A DNA stretch of 64,000 nt from Hyphomicrobium sp. (GCA_031373745.1 JANMNH010000116.1:5728-69727), one strand, 5' to 3'. Counted from the stretch's first letter, positions 28,570-37,879 are shown. Made by a program: numbers and translations. Notes: generated by a model not told the origin, from the letters alone.

Positions 28570-29742
28570 CTAAGTGCCCTCGCTGGTTTTGCCGAAGGCT
28601 ATGCCGGTTAGTGTTTGGTTCAAGTGCATGGCATTGAATTGTTCGCCGTAAGTGTGGAAGCCGACTACGCCGAAACGGCGGTATATTTCATCGACGCTGT
28701 GGCGGACCTGGCGGCTTTCGGCATCCAGCCGCCGCAGGATGCAATCGAAGCCGATGATGAGATCGGTGCCGCCGAGTTCCGTTTCGATGCCTTCGATCGT
28801 ATCAAGTGTCGAACGCACCATGTCGCGGGGGCGGGCGACTGTGAACACGAGGCCTTCGTCGATGGCGCAGAAAAAGGACAAGCTACCGTCCGGGTTCATA
28901 TTGCGGATCGAACGGCAGTAGTAATCGCCACCGACTTTGACGACGAGCGGATAGGACGCAAAGCTGAAGGGGCCAAGTTCATTGGGAAGAAGCCCGATTG
29001 CGGCGGCGTACTCGCGCGCGGCGGGTTCTGCGTTCAACTCGTAAACGATGCGGTTTTCGGTATCGGCGGCGGTGACGACAAGCTTGATCGGAGTCGGTTC
29101 GAAGTTCTGCGTTTTGAAGATGCGGAACGGGAACGCGCTTTCAATAACAAAGAGCAGCGCGCTGGCTTGCGCAATACTGCCGTTATGGACCAGTGCCGTG
29201 CGGCGGAAGGCGAGTCCGTCACCAGATGAGCCGCCGATCAGTTCTATGTCTCCCAAGCCCCAGTGCACCGCTGCGGTTAGGGCTTCTTCCTTGTTGGAAA
29301 GCCCGTCCACCAGCATCAAAGCGAATGTGTTGCCCATGGCGGACCCGTTGTGGCCATCGCCGATCTGGACCTTGAGGCGGCGAGCGATGTCGGTGGCGCG
29401 CTTCACACCCGGTTCGTCGGCGACGGAGATAACCTCGCTCAAGACGCGAAAACCGGTAACTGGGAAAGCAATGAGGACTAGGCCGCCTTGCATCATGCCG
29501 AGAGGGCCGACTTCGCCGGCCGTGGAACAGCCCGAAATAGGGACCTCGGGGAAAGCCGATTGGAGGGCGCCGACAAGAAGTTCGGGATCATGCTCGATCG
29601 AGAAGAAGGCGATGATGTGCTGGAAGCGTCCGCCGCCGAGTTCGGCCTTTGCAGCGGCGACGCTATCGCGGGTAGACGAGAGGGAACTTGCAAACACGCG
29701 GATTCCGCACGCGGCTAACGTCGACTTGCTGGTTGTAGACAC
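28570..29742 (-). CDS. FIST-domain sensory protein (NosP-like)
   Basis: 'GCSTAGEVG', 'LVDGLSNKEE', 'GGSSGDG', 'NAEPAAREYA', 'FCAIDEGLV', 'GFDCILRRL', 'GFHTYGEQ..HLNQTLTG'. Confidence 0.9.
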   Translation of the reverse strand: MSTTSKSTLAACGIRVFASSLSSTRDSVAAAKAELGGGRFQHIIAFFSIEHDPELLVGALQSAFPEVPISGCSTAGEVGPLGMMQGGLVLIAFPVTGFRVLSEVISVADEPGVKRATDIARRLKVQIGDGHNGSAMGNTFALMLVDGLSNKEEALTAAVHWGLGDIELIGGSSGDGLAFRRTALVHNGSIAQASALLFVIESAFPFRIFKTQNFEPTPIKLVVTAADTENRIVYELNAEPAAREYAAAIGLLPNELGPFSFASYPLVVKVGGDYYCRSIRNMNPDGSLSFFCAIDEGLVFTVARPRDMVRSTLDTIEGIETELGGTDLIIGFDCILRRLDAESRQVRHSVDEIYRRFGVVGFHTYGEQFNAMHLNQTLTGIAFGKTSEGT

Positions 29743-29847
29743 GGGAAACCTTGCTCCTTGGCACCCTGCATACCAGATAAAACCGGTAAGTGGGGTTGCA
29801 ACCCGAAGAGGCTGGCATAGGAGAGGTAGCCTGGCAATGTCGCGAGG

Positions 29848-30696
29848 TTAACCCCAAAGGAGGGGATCGTTCGGGGTCAAAGTGCGGTTCAGGCGGATAC
29901 CGGCGCGGCCCGCCTTGTACCAGGCGACGGTACCCGTAAAACGGCGGCCGGACGCGAGTTCGACCGATAAGACTTGGCCGGGATCGAATGACGGTACCTG
30001 CTCGAGACCGAAACCACCGGCCGAGACGTCGCGCACGTAGGCCTGAGTGATGCGCCCTGCGGCGGTTATGCGGGCGCTTTGACCGAGCATGCGGCGGGCG
30101 GCATTGCGCCGTTGGGGTAAAGGCGGGAGGAAAGGCTGGCCTTTAGCGTCGATGCAGGGCGTATCGCCAGAGGCAGCGGCGCCCAGAATGCGCCCTAGGA
30201 CGCCTGCGTTCAGCATATAGAGTTCGGGCAGCTCATGCTCTGTCTCGGAATTCAGGTGCCTGACGGCCGCCGCAGCGCTGCGGCACGTGCCGCGCCAGGC
30301 ACTCGTCAGGGTCATGTGGTGCAGTGCACCAGCGCGATCCATGCCAATTGCGTTGGCATCAGTGAAATAGCGCTGCATTTGGCGGCGGGCAGGCCCGAGA
30401 TCGGCAAAGAAGGCGGCCACCGACTCGGCCGCATTGACCGATATCCCGGCTTCAGCCGCCCAACGCCGGAATCCCGAAAGTACGGCGGGATCGCGGGGCA
30501 AATACATCTGAATTTCGGCCTGGGTGCGCACCGTGCCCGGCACATGCAGGGCGTTGGCGAAACTGGCGATGGTGGCCGTCAAGAGCGCAGCCGTGTGCGT
30601 GTCGGTGACGATCGTTATGAGCAGCGGATTTGGCTCGTCGTGCTGCTGGGAAATCCAGAAATGCGTGTCGCTTCGGAGTCTGGATCTGAGTTTCAT
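29848..30696 (-). CDS. PilZ-domain protein with an uncharacterised N-terminal region
   Basis: C-terminal RxxxR ('RRNAARR') and DxSxxG ('DVSAGG') motifs followed by a beta-barrel-like sequence. Start placed at ATG 30696 after AAAGGTGAG. Confidence 0.75.
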   Translation of the reverse strand: MKLRSRLRSDTHFWISQQHDEPNPLLITIVTDTHTAALLTATIASFANALHVPGTVRTQAEIQMYLPRDPAVLSGFRRWAAEAGISVNAAESVAAFFADLGPARRQMQRYFTDANAIGMDRAGALHHMTLTSAWRGTCRSAAAAVRHLNSETEHELPELYMLNAGVLGRILGAAASGDTPCIDAKGQPFLPPLPQRRNAARRMLGQSARITAAGRITQAYVRDVSAGGFGLEQVPSFDPGQVLSVELASGRRFTGTVAWYKAGRAGIRLNRTLTPNDPLLWG

Positions 30697-30832
30697 GGGT
30701 ACGCTCACCTTTGAAGAACACAATCAAAGGTAGTACAAAAACCCTAATTTGGGGTAACGATCCCCGAAACGATGATTGAAATAAGCTCATTTAATTGTTC
30801 AACAAAATCAACAGTGAGGATTTTTACTAAAG

Positions 30833-32563
30833 TTAGCGGGCATCTACAAGCCCGGAATCCATCAACCTGCGATGGAAACCGAGAATCTCGTCCTTTTGCG
30901 CGCATGTGAAGTAGCGGCCGGCGCAAAGACCGAGCAGTCTGAGGCGCTCTTTGTAGGCGTCCGACATGGGTAGCCGGGCGGCTTCAAGCAGGACTGCGCC
31001 GAGGTAGGGAACGTCGAGAGTTGGCACTTCGGGGAGCGGCGGCGGCGTGTAGTTGATTCCGTCGATGGCGTAATAGGTGATGAAGCCAGGAGAGTCGGGC
31101 GCGAGCTTCATGTCCTCGGAGGAAATGGATTTATCGAATCCGAGCATCGTGCGCGTGGCGACCGGCTGGTGGTCGCCGTATTGGACGATGAGGAATTTCT
31201 CGTTCGGAAAGCGGCGCACGAGCCCGGCGCGGAATTCGTCGTAGTCCATGCGGGCCATGCCGAGGCGGCGCAGGTATTCGTGCATCTCTGGGTCGGAGCC
31301 AGGGCCACCGCCTGGTACTTGAACATCCGCGTCGTAGGCGAATTGATAGGGGAGATGCGTTGCCGATGTCAGGATGAAGTTGAAGACAGGCTGGCGTGAC
31401 GAGGCGATGTGGTTCTCAATGTGGGTCAGCACGTTGTTATAATAGAATTTGTCGCGCTCGTTGTAGCGCTTGGCGTTCTGGGCTTTAAAGTCGAAGATCT
31501 CCGGCATGCCGACCGCCGTGTAGAAGCGGCCGTTACCGACGAAGTCCTTCGGCACGGGATAGAAGACGCTGTTACGATAACCGCAGCGGGCCAGGGATTC
31601 CGGCAGCGTGTCGTGGATTTTGCCCTGCATCAGCGATTGCACGAACGTGCGCATTCCGCCGAAAGAATAGGTCGAAACACCCGCCAGCACGGAGAATTCG
31701 GTCAACCAAGACGCGCCGCCGTAGGTTTCGGTGCGCAAGGGATAGAGCTTGCCGTCGAACGATTTGAAGAACGGGTCGAGTGACTTGTCGTAGCTGACCG
31801 TTGGGAAATACGACGGCGGCACAACGCTTTCCTGGTGGATCAGGATGATGTGCGGCGGCTTTTCCGCCGGATCGCACGTGGCCGGGATTTTAAAGAGCGG
31901 TTTCTTCTGTGCTGCGAGGGCTTCCAGAAGTTGACCGCGCATGAGCGTTTCAAGCGTCTCCGACCACGACGCATAAAACGACGCGATGTATTGGTTATCC
32001 CAATAAAAGAGCGTGTTGCGCCGTTCGCCTTTGGCGTAGGAAGCCCAGAGAGCGGTTGCAGCGAACACGAGCGTTAAAATGGCGCTGATATGCCGGGGGC
32101 AACGGGTGCAATCGGCGCGATAGAGGGTGCGGCCCAAAGCGATAGTGGCGGCAATGGCGGCGAGCAACGCCAAGAGGTAGGCGCTGTGATCGACCCAAAG
32201 AAAGCGGATGGTCGAGAAGGATGTGAGATAGAAGACGATATCATATGCGTGCAGTACCATTTCGATGTAGCGGCGCTTGATGTCGGAGGCGACGACGATC
32301 ATGGCAACCATCGCCGCAACGAGGGCGATCGAGAACAGGAGGCGGCGGGTGACGAAAGTCAACGCCGTTACCAGGGCGGCGGTAATAGCACTCGCGAAGA
32401 TGATGGTCTCGCGCCAGCCCTCGTATCGCCAGTGGTAGTAGGCGAGTGCTATGGCGATTGCGAACGCTGCGCCATAAGCAGCGGCGCGCGTCAATTCGCC
32501 CGTACCGGTGACAAAACGGGGGGCTGCGCGAAGTGAAATTTCAGAAGCTGGTTCGAGCGTCAT
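30833..32563 (-). CDS. LTA synthase/sulfatase-like membrane protein (alkaline-phosphatase superfamily)
   Basis: Several N-terminal TM helices; 'PHIILIHQES', 'YGGASWLTEF', 'YGDHQP' metal/nucleophile motifs. Confidence 0.75.
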   Translation of the reverse strand: MTLEPASEISLRAAPRFVTGTGELTRAAAYGAAFAIAIALAYYHWRYEGWRETIIFASAITAALVTALTFVTRRLLFSIALVAAMVAMIVVASDIKRRYIEMVLHAYDIVFYLTSFSTIRFLWVDHSAYLLALLAAIAATIALGRTLYRADCTRCPRHISAILTLVFAATALWASYAKGERRNTLFYWDNQYIASFYASWSETLETLMRGQLLEALAAQKKPLFKIPATCDPAEKPPHIILIHQESVVPPSYFPTVSYDKSLDPFFKSFDGKLYPLRTETYGGASWLTEFSVLAGVSTYSFGGMRTFVQSLMQGKIHDTLPESLARCGYRNSVFYPVPKDFVGNGRFYTAVGMPEIFDFKAQNAKRYNERDKFYYNNVLTHIENHIASSRQPVFNFILTSATHLPYQFAYDADVQVPGGGPGSDPEMHEYLRRLGMARMDYDEFRAGLVRRFPNEKFLIVQYGDHQPVATRTMLGFDKSISSEDMKLAPDSPGFITYYAIDGINYTPPPLPEVPTLDVPYLGAVLLEAARLPMSDAYKERLRLLGLCAGRYFTCAQKDEILGFHRRLMDSGLVDAR

Positions 32564-32653
32564 TCGTCCTGCGAGCGTTGTTCTAATCGCCAAGACAAAC
32601 GCCGAGGCGGCCGAGTGTTGTGCACGAGCCGTGCGGCAGGTCAATGGCGGGAT

Positions 32654-32757
32654 GGTGTGTGACCCTCCGGGTCTGACACCGCTGAAAGTCAGTGCTCTTG
32701 TGCCCGGGTGTCAGACCCTCGATACTTGCCTGCCTCCGGCGGGACGGGTCAGACACC
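32654..32757. repeat. Cluster of four REP-like 12-bp palindromic units
   Basis: GGTGTGTGACCC (32654-65), GGGTCTGACACC (32669-80), GGTGTCAGACCC (32707-18), GGGTCAGACACC (32746-57) in alternating orientation; units 2 and 3 are exact reverse complements. Confidence 0.75.
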
Positions 32758-32774
32758 GGGACGCCGGAGCACGA

Positions 32775-34082
32775 TCAGCAATCCAAAGTATTATCCCGTT
32801 CCCACTCCGTGAAGTGGGAGGTGTATGAGTTCCACTCCATGGTTTTGAGTTTGATGTAGGCGGAAGCGAATTCTTCGCCGAGCGCGGATTTGAGGGAGGT
32901 ATCCCGGTCGAACGCGCGCAATGCGTCGAGCAGGTTCAACGGCAGCTTGATGGCGTCTTTGACCGTGTGCCCGAGCTGGTACATGTCGATGTCGAGGCGC
33001 TTGCCGGGATCGGATTTCGAACGGATGCCGTCGAGGCCCGCAGCGATAATGACGGCTTGCAGGAGATAAGGATTTGCCGCGCCATCGGGAAGGCGGAGCT
33101 CAAAACGGCCCTTGCCCGGTACGCGCACCATGTGCGTGCGGTTGTTGCCGGTCCAGGTCACGGTGTTTGGCGACCACGTCGCGCCCGAGACAGTGCGCGG
33201 CGCGTTGATGCGCTTATACGAGTTGACGGTCGGATTGGTGATCGCGGCCAAGGCCTCGGCGTGTTTCATGATGCCGCCGAGGAAGTGATAGCCCTGTTGC
33301 GAGAGACCCATCTCTTCGGTCGGGTCATAGAACATGTTGACCTTGCCGGCCTTGTCCCAAACCGAGATGTGTGCGTGGCAGCCGGTGCCGGTAAGGCCTG
33401 CGAAGGGCTTGGGCATGAAAGTGGCTCGGAGCCCGTGTTTTTCGGCGACCGATCGCGCCATGAACTTGAAGAATGAATGACGGTCCGCGGTGACGAGGCT
33501 GTCGTCGAAGTTCCAATTCATTTCGAACTGGCCGTTGGCGTCCTCGTGGTCGTTTTGATAGGGCCCCCAGCCGAGTTCCAGCATGTAATCGCAGATCTCC
33601 GCGATGACGTCGTAGCGGCGCATCAAGGCCTGCTGATCGTAGCAGGGCTTGGAGGCCTTATCCTTGTCGTCGGAAATGGCCGTGCCGTCGGGGCTGATCA
33701 GGAAAAATTCGCATTCGACGCCGGTTTTGACGTGCAGCCCCATGCTGGCGGCTTCGGCGACGAGCTTTTTCAAGACGACGCGCGGCGATTGCGCGACGTG
33801 CTTGTCGTCCATGACGCAATCGCCCGCAACCCAGGCAACGTCCTTTTTCCACGGCAACTGGATGACGGCCGAGGCATCCGGCACGGCGAACATGTCGGGG
33901 TGGGCCGGCGTCATGTCGAGCCAAGTCGCAAAGCCCGCGAATCCGGCGCCGTCTTTTTGCATATCGGCGATGGCGGCTGCCGGAACCAGCTTGGCGCGCT
34001 GGGCTCCGAACAGATCCGTGAAAGAGATCATGAAGTAGCGGATGCCGCGTTCTTTTGCGAGTTGAGCTAGATCTTGAGCCAT
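32775..34082 (-). CDS. gmaS: Gamma-glutamylmethylamide synthetase (GlnT/type III GS-like)
   Basis: 'YFMISFTDLFGAQRAKLVP', 'GAGFAGFATWLD', 'QNDHEDANGQFEMNW', 'GNNRTHMVR'; immediately downstream of mgsABC. Confidence 0.9.
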   Translation of the reverse strand: MAQDLAQLAKERGIRYFMISFTDLFGAQRAKLVPAAAIADMQKDGAGFAGFATWLDMTPAHPDMFAVPDASAVIQLPWKKDVAWVAGDCVMDDKHVAQSPRVVLKKLVAEAASMGLHVKTGVECEFFLISPDGTAISDDKDKASKPCYDQQALMRRYDVIAEICDYMLELGWGPYQNDHEDANGQFEMNWNFDDSLVTADRHSFFKFMARSVAEKHGLRATFMPKPFAGLTGTGCHAHISVWDKAGKVNMFYDPTEEMGLSQQGYHFLGGIMKHAEALAAITNPTVNSYKRINAPRTVSGATWSPNTVTWTGNNRTHMVRVPGKGRFELRLPDGAANPYLLQAVIIAAGLDGIRSKSDPGKRLDIDMYQLGHTVKDAIKLPLNLLDALRAFDRDTSLKSALGEEFASAYIKLKTMEWNSYTSHFTEWERDNTLDC

Positions 34083-34153
34083 CGTCCGTTTCCTCGTTGT
34101 GCGGTTCTTGTTTTGCCGGCGCGCAATACGTTTTCAATATGAAATGAGCAGTC

Positions 34154-35491
34154 TCAAAGGCCGCCCGATCCCGTCACTCCTGGTATCCAATTTGTTCCTG
34201 CAAGAGGCACACGCGCCATGGCGGCCGCCTCTATTGTGAGCGCGCAGAGATCTTCGGGTTCGAGATTGTGAATGTGATTGTGGCCGGCGGCACGCGCGAC
34301 GGTCTGGATTTCGAGTGTCATGACTTTGAGATAGTTGGCGAGGCGGCGACCGGCACGCACGGGATCGAGGCGTTTGGAAAGTTCGGGATCTTGCGTTGTG
34401 ATGCCGGCCGGGTCGCGGCCTTCGTGCCAGTCGTCATAACAGCCGGCGGTCGTGCCAAGCTTTCTATATTCTTCTTCGTGTGCGGGATCGTTGTCGCCAA
34501 GCGCGGCAAGAGCCGCGATGCCGATTGAGACAGCGTCTGCACCAAGGGCGAGCGCCTTGGCGGCATCGGCGCCGGTACGAATGCCGCCCGAGACGATGAG
34601 CTGCACTTTGCGGTGCATGCCGAGATCTTGCAACGCCTGAACCGCAGGACGGATGCACGCGAGCGTCGGCAAGCCGACGTTTTCGATGAAGACCTCTTGC
34701 GTGGCCGCCGTGCCACCTTGCATTCCGTCAAGCACGATGACGTCTGCGCCGGCTTTGACGGCAAGCGCGACGTCGTAATAGGGACGAGTGCCGCCGATTT
34801 TCACATAGATTGGTTTTTCCCAATCGGTGATTTCGCGCAGTTCGAGAAGTTTGATCTCGAGATCGTCGGGGCCGGTCCAGTCCGGATGACGGCAAGCGGA
34901 GCGCTGGTCGATACCTTTCGGCAGGTTACGCATCTCGGCGACGCGATCAGAGATTTTTTGGCCCAAAAGCATACCGCCGCCGCCGGGCTTGGCGCCTTGG
35001 CCGACCACGACTTCGATGGCATCTGCCTTGCGAAGATCGTCGGGGTTCATGCCGTAGCGCGAAGGCAGGTATTGATAGACGAGGGTTTTAGATTGTCCGC
35101 GTTCTTCGGGCGTCATGCCGCCGTCGCCGGTTGTGGTCGAGGTACCGGCAATCGAAGCGCCGCGGCCCAAGGCTTCCTTGGCATTCGCTGAGAGTGCGCC
35201 GAAGCTCATGCCGGCGATGGTGATGGGGATTTTGAGTTCGATGGGCTTTTTCGCAAAGCGCGTGCCGAGCGTGACGGCGGTCGAGCATTTTTCGCGATAA
35301 CCTTCGAGCGGATAGCGAGAGATGGAGGCACCGAGGAATAAGAGATCGTCAAAGTGCGGAACCTTGCGCTTGGCGCCGCCGCCGCGAATGTCGTAGATGC
35401 CGGTTGCCGCCGCGCGCCGGATCTCCGAGAGCGTGTAATCGTCGAAAGTCCAAGATTTACGCGGTGTGGTCGGCGGGTTTTGATAGCTCAT
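34154..35491 (-). CDS. mgsC: N-methylglutamate synthase subunit C (FMN-binding glutamate synthase family, GlxD)
   Basis: 'IAGMSFGALS', 'TGDGG', 'VVGQGAKPGGGG', 'SACRHPDWTGPDDL', 'DGMQGGTAA'. Confidence 0.9.
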   Translation of the reverse strand: MSYQNPPTTPRKSWTFDDYTLSEIRRAAATGIYDIRGGGAKRKVPHFDDLLFLGASISRYPLEGYREKCSTAVTLGTRFAKKPIELKIPITIAGMSFGALSANAKEALGRGASIAGTSTTTGDGGMTPEERGQSKTLVYQYLPSRYGMNPDDLRKADAIEVVVGQGAKPGGGGMLLGQKISDRVAEMRNLPKGIDQRSACRHPDWTGPDDLEIKLLELREITDWEKPIYVKIGGTRPYYDVALAVKAGADVIVLDGMQGGTAATQEVFIENVGLPTLACIRPAVQALQDLGMHRKVQLIVSGGIRTGADAAKALALGADAVSIGIAALAALGDNDPAHEEEYRKLGTTAGCYDDWHEGRDPAGITTQDPELSKRLDPVRAGRRLANYLKVMTLEIQTVARAAGHNHIHNLEPEDLCALTIEAAAMARVPLAGTNWIPGVTGSGGL

Positions 35492-36177
35492 CAGTACGCA
35501 TCCGCGTTGTCGATGTTGAAGTTGTAGAGTTTGCGGGCAGAACCGTAGCGCTTGAATTCGCTTGTCTTGACGCCTTTCATGCCGGCTATTTCCAGAAGCT
35601 TGGTCAGCGCATCATGATGTTCGGGCCGCATTTCTTTCTCAACGCAGTCGGCGCCAAGGCTTTTGACGTTGCCGCGCACGAAGAGTTTGGCCTCATAAAT
35701 GCTGTCGCCGAGCGCGTCGCCGGCGTCCCCCAAAACGACGAGATGGCCCGATTGTGCCATGAAGGCCGACATGTGGCCGATGTTGCCTTTAACGACGATG
35801 TCGATGCCCTTCATCGAGATGCCGCAGCGCGAGGAGGCATTGCCTTCGATGACGAGGAGGCCGCCGCGCCCCGTTGCACCGGCGTATTGGCTGGCGTCGC
35901 CTTTGATAACGACGCGGCCGGACATCATGTTCTCGGCCACGCCGGGTCCGGCTGAGCCGTGGACCGTGACGGACGCCTTCTTGTTCATGCCGGCGCAGTA
36001 ATATCCGACGCTGCCACGCACATCGACATTGATGGGTGCATCCAGTCCGACGGCGACGGCGTGCGCGCCGCGCGGGTTAATGATTTCCCATTTGCCCTCG
36101 TTGGAACGGTCTGTTTGCTTGTGTAAATCGCTGTTCAGTTCGCGAAGAGGTGTGACCGATAAATCGAATGTCCGCAT
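35491..36177 (-). CDS. mgsB: N-methylglutamate synthase subunit B (GXGXG-repeat, GlxC)
   Basis: 'GSVGYYCAGMN', 'GVAENMMSG', 'RCGISMKG', 'GHMSAFMAQSG', 'RKLYNF'. Confidence 0.9.
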   Translation of the reverse strand: MRTFDLSVTPLRELNSDLHKQTDRSNEGKWEIINPRGAHAVAVGLDAPINVDVRGSVGYYCAGMNKKASVTVHGSAGPGVAENMMSGRVVIKGDASQYAGATGRGGLLVIEGNASSRCGISMKGIDIVVKGNIGHMSAFMAQSGHLVVLGDAGDALGDSIYEAKLFVRGNVKSLGADCVEKEMRPEHHDALTKLLEIAGMKGVKTSEFKRYGSARKLYNFNIDNADAY

Positions 36178-36200
36178 GTGAAGTGCCCTGTTGACCCGTC

Positions 36201-37100
36201 TTAGTTCTGCCGTTCCCAGAAGTACACCGTTGAAGGTTCCGGTTCCCAGACCTTGGCTTTATCGATGTTTGGCAGACTTGCGAGCGCCCGGTACTCCGAA
36301 CCGAAGGCCACGTAGTCGTCCGTTTCGGCCATGACGGCCGGTTTGCAGGCGATCGGATCGCGAATGACGCCGAAGCCATTTTTTGTGCCGACGACAAACG
36401 TGAAAAATCCGTCCAGATCGTCGAGGCTTTTTTCCAGCGCTTGTCCGAGATTGAGACCTTGCTTCATGCGCCACGTGAGATAAGCAGCGGCAACTTCGCT
36501 ATCGTTTTCGGTTTCGAACGTCATGCCGTCGCGTTTGAGATCGCGGCGCAGATTGTTGTGGTTGGAAAGCGAGCCGTTGTGCACGAGGCATTGGTCCTTC
36601 CCGGTCGAGAAGGGATGCGCGCCAGCCGTCGTGACCGCGCTTTCGGTCGCCAAGCGGGTGTGGCCGATGCCGTGCGTGCCGGACATTGTTTCGAGCGCGA
36701 AGCGTTTTGCGACGTCGGTCGGCATGCCAACTTCTTTGTAGAGTTCCATGTGTGTGCCGATGCCGACGATGGCAATTTCCGGCGCCACGCGACGTAGCTC
36801 GTCGCGCACATCGCTCTCGGCTGCAGCCGGAATGGAGAGTACGGCGTGTGTGGTGCGCGGCGTGATTGAGACGGGGCCCTTGGCGACACGCTCGAGTCTT
36901 TTGGCAAGTGCTTTGAAGTCGGTTTCTTCAGGCCCGCGCAGCGTGAGCTTGATCGCGTTCTTTGCGCCTTGGCCGTAGATTGCAAAGCCTGCGGAGTCGG
37001 GGCCGCGCTCGCACATGGTGCCAAGCATTTGCGACAACATGCTGCCGAGTTTCGGTTCAAGGGCTTTGTTTTTCAGAAAAAGTCCGACGATACCGCACAT
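36201..37100 (-). CDS. mgsA: N-methylglutamate synthase subunit A (class II glutamine amidotransferase, GlxB)
   Basis: Start 'MCGIVG' (catalytic Cys after Met), 'RGPDSAG', 'GHTRLATES', 'HNGSLSNHN', 'ENDSEV'. Confidence 0.9.
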   Translation of the reverse strand: MCGIVGLFLKNKALEPKLGSMLSQMLGTMCERGPDSAGFAIYGQGAKNAIKLTLRGPEETDFKALAKRLERVAKGPVSITPRTTHAVLSIPAAAESDVRDELRRVAPEIAIVGIGTHMELYKEVGMPTDVAKRFALETMSGTHGIGHTRLATESAVTTAGAHPFSTGKDQCLVHNGSLSNHNNLRRDLKRDGMTFETENDSEVAAAYLTWRMKQGLNLGQALEKSLDDLDGFFTFVVGTKNGFGVIRDPIACKPAVMAETDDYVAFGSEYRALASLPNIDKAKVWEPEPSTVYFWERQN

Positions 37101-37225
37101 AGTGACCTCGCCTAGGGCCGCCAAATTGTGTCAGCAAATTAGGCAACAAGCCTGGCAGTGTCAATTCAAGAGAATATAATATTCCTGGCAAGAAATATGG
37201 TCAGCGTCGCAATTCTGAATGATGT

Positions 37226-37879
37226 TCAGGTGCGCGGATAGATGATGATCGAGAGGTAAGTCATCGGTGTTTTGATCAACTTCTCGGGGCCGTGCGGCGC
37301 GGTGCTGTCGAACAGGATGGCGTCGCCGGGCTTCAGCCGGTAGCTGCGATCGGCATGGCCGTACTCAACTTCGCCAGTCAGCATGTAAATGAATTCGACG
37401 CCATTGTGCTGAAAGGCGGCGTAGGGAACCGCATCCTCGCTGAGCGTAATGAGATATGGCTCAACCACGACATCACCACCCAGTGCGTGTCCAAGCAACT
37501 GATATTGGTGGCCGACTTTTGTGCCGCGGCGGCGGATGACAACACCCTCGCCAGCCTTGACGTAGGAGCAATCGCGCCTCTGCTCGAAAGACGAAAACAG
37601 CATGGCTATCGGCAAATTGAGGGCCGAAGCAAGCGTTTGAAGTGTATTGAGAGAAGGCGAGATCTGACCGTTCTCGATCTTTGACAACATGCCGGGAGAA
37701 ATCTCGGCGGCAACTGCAAGCTCGGCGACAGTCAGGCCGGCATCCTTGCGGCTCTGGCGGACCTGCAAGCCAATAGCCTGTTCCAGCGTACGTTCTGACG
37801 CTCGGGGCGCGCCCGAACCGGTCGTGAGTGTACCGAGGTCGGCCGGTGCTCGAACAGGTTTGATGCGGGTTTCCGCCAT
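37226..37879 (-). CDS. XRE-family HTH + cupin transcriptional regulator
   Basis: 'IGLQVRQSRKDAGLTVAELA...ISPGMLSKIENGQISPSL' plus cupin 'HNGVEFIYMLTGEVEY'; embedded between mgd and mgs genes. Confidence 0.9.
   Translation of the reverse strand: MAETRIKPVRAPADLGTLTTGSGAPRASERTLEQAIGLQVRQSRKDAGLTVAELAVAAEISPGMLSKIENGQISPSLNTLQTLASALNLPIAMLFSSFEQRRDCSYVKAGEGVVIRRRGTKVGHQYQLLGHALGGDVVVEPYLITLSEDAVPYAAFQHNGVEFIYMLTGEVEYGHADRSYRLKPGDAILFDSTAPHGPEKLIKTPMTYLSIIIYPRT

Noticed and set aside
32775-34082. Annotation as an ordinary glutamine synthetase (also 46357-47757)
   Set aside because: Sequence motifs and context point to GmaS (with mgsABC) and to a PauA/PuuA-type ligase (with pot/puuB).
37141-37158. 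Possible sigma54 promoter for mgsA (minus strand TGCCAGGCTTGTTGC)
   Set aside because: The invariant -24 GG is replaced by GC.
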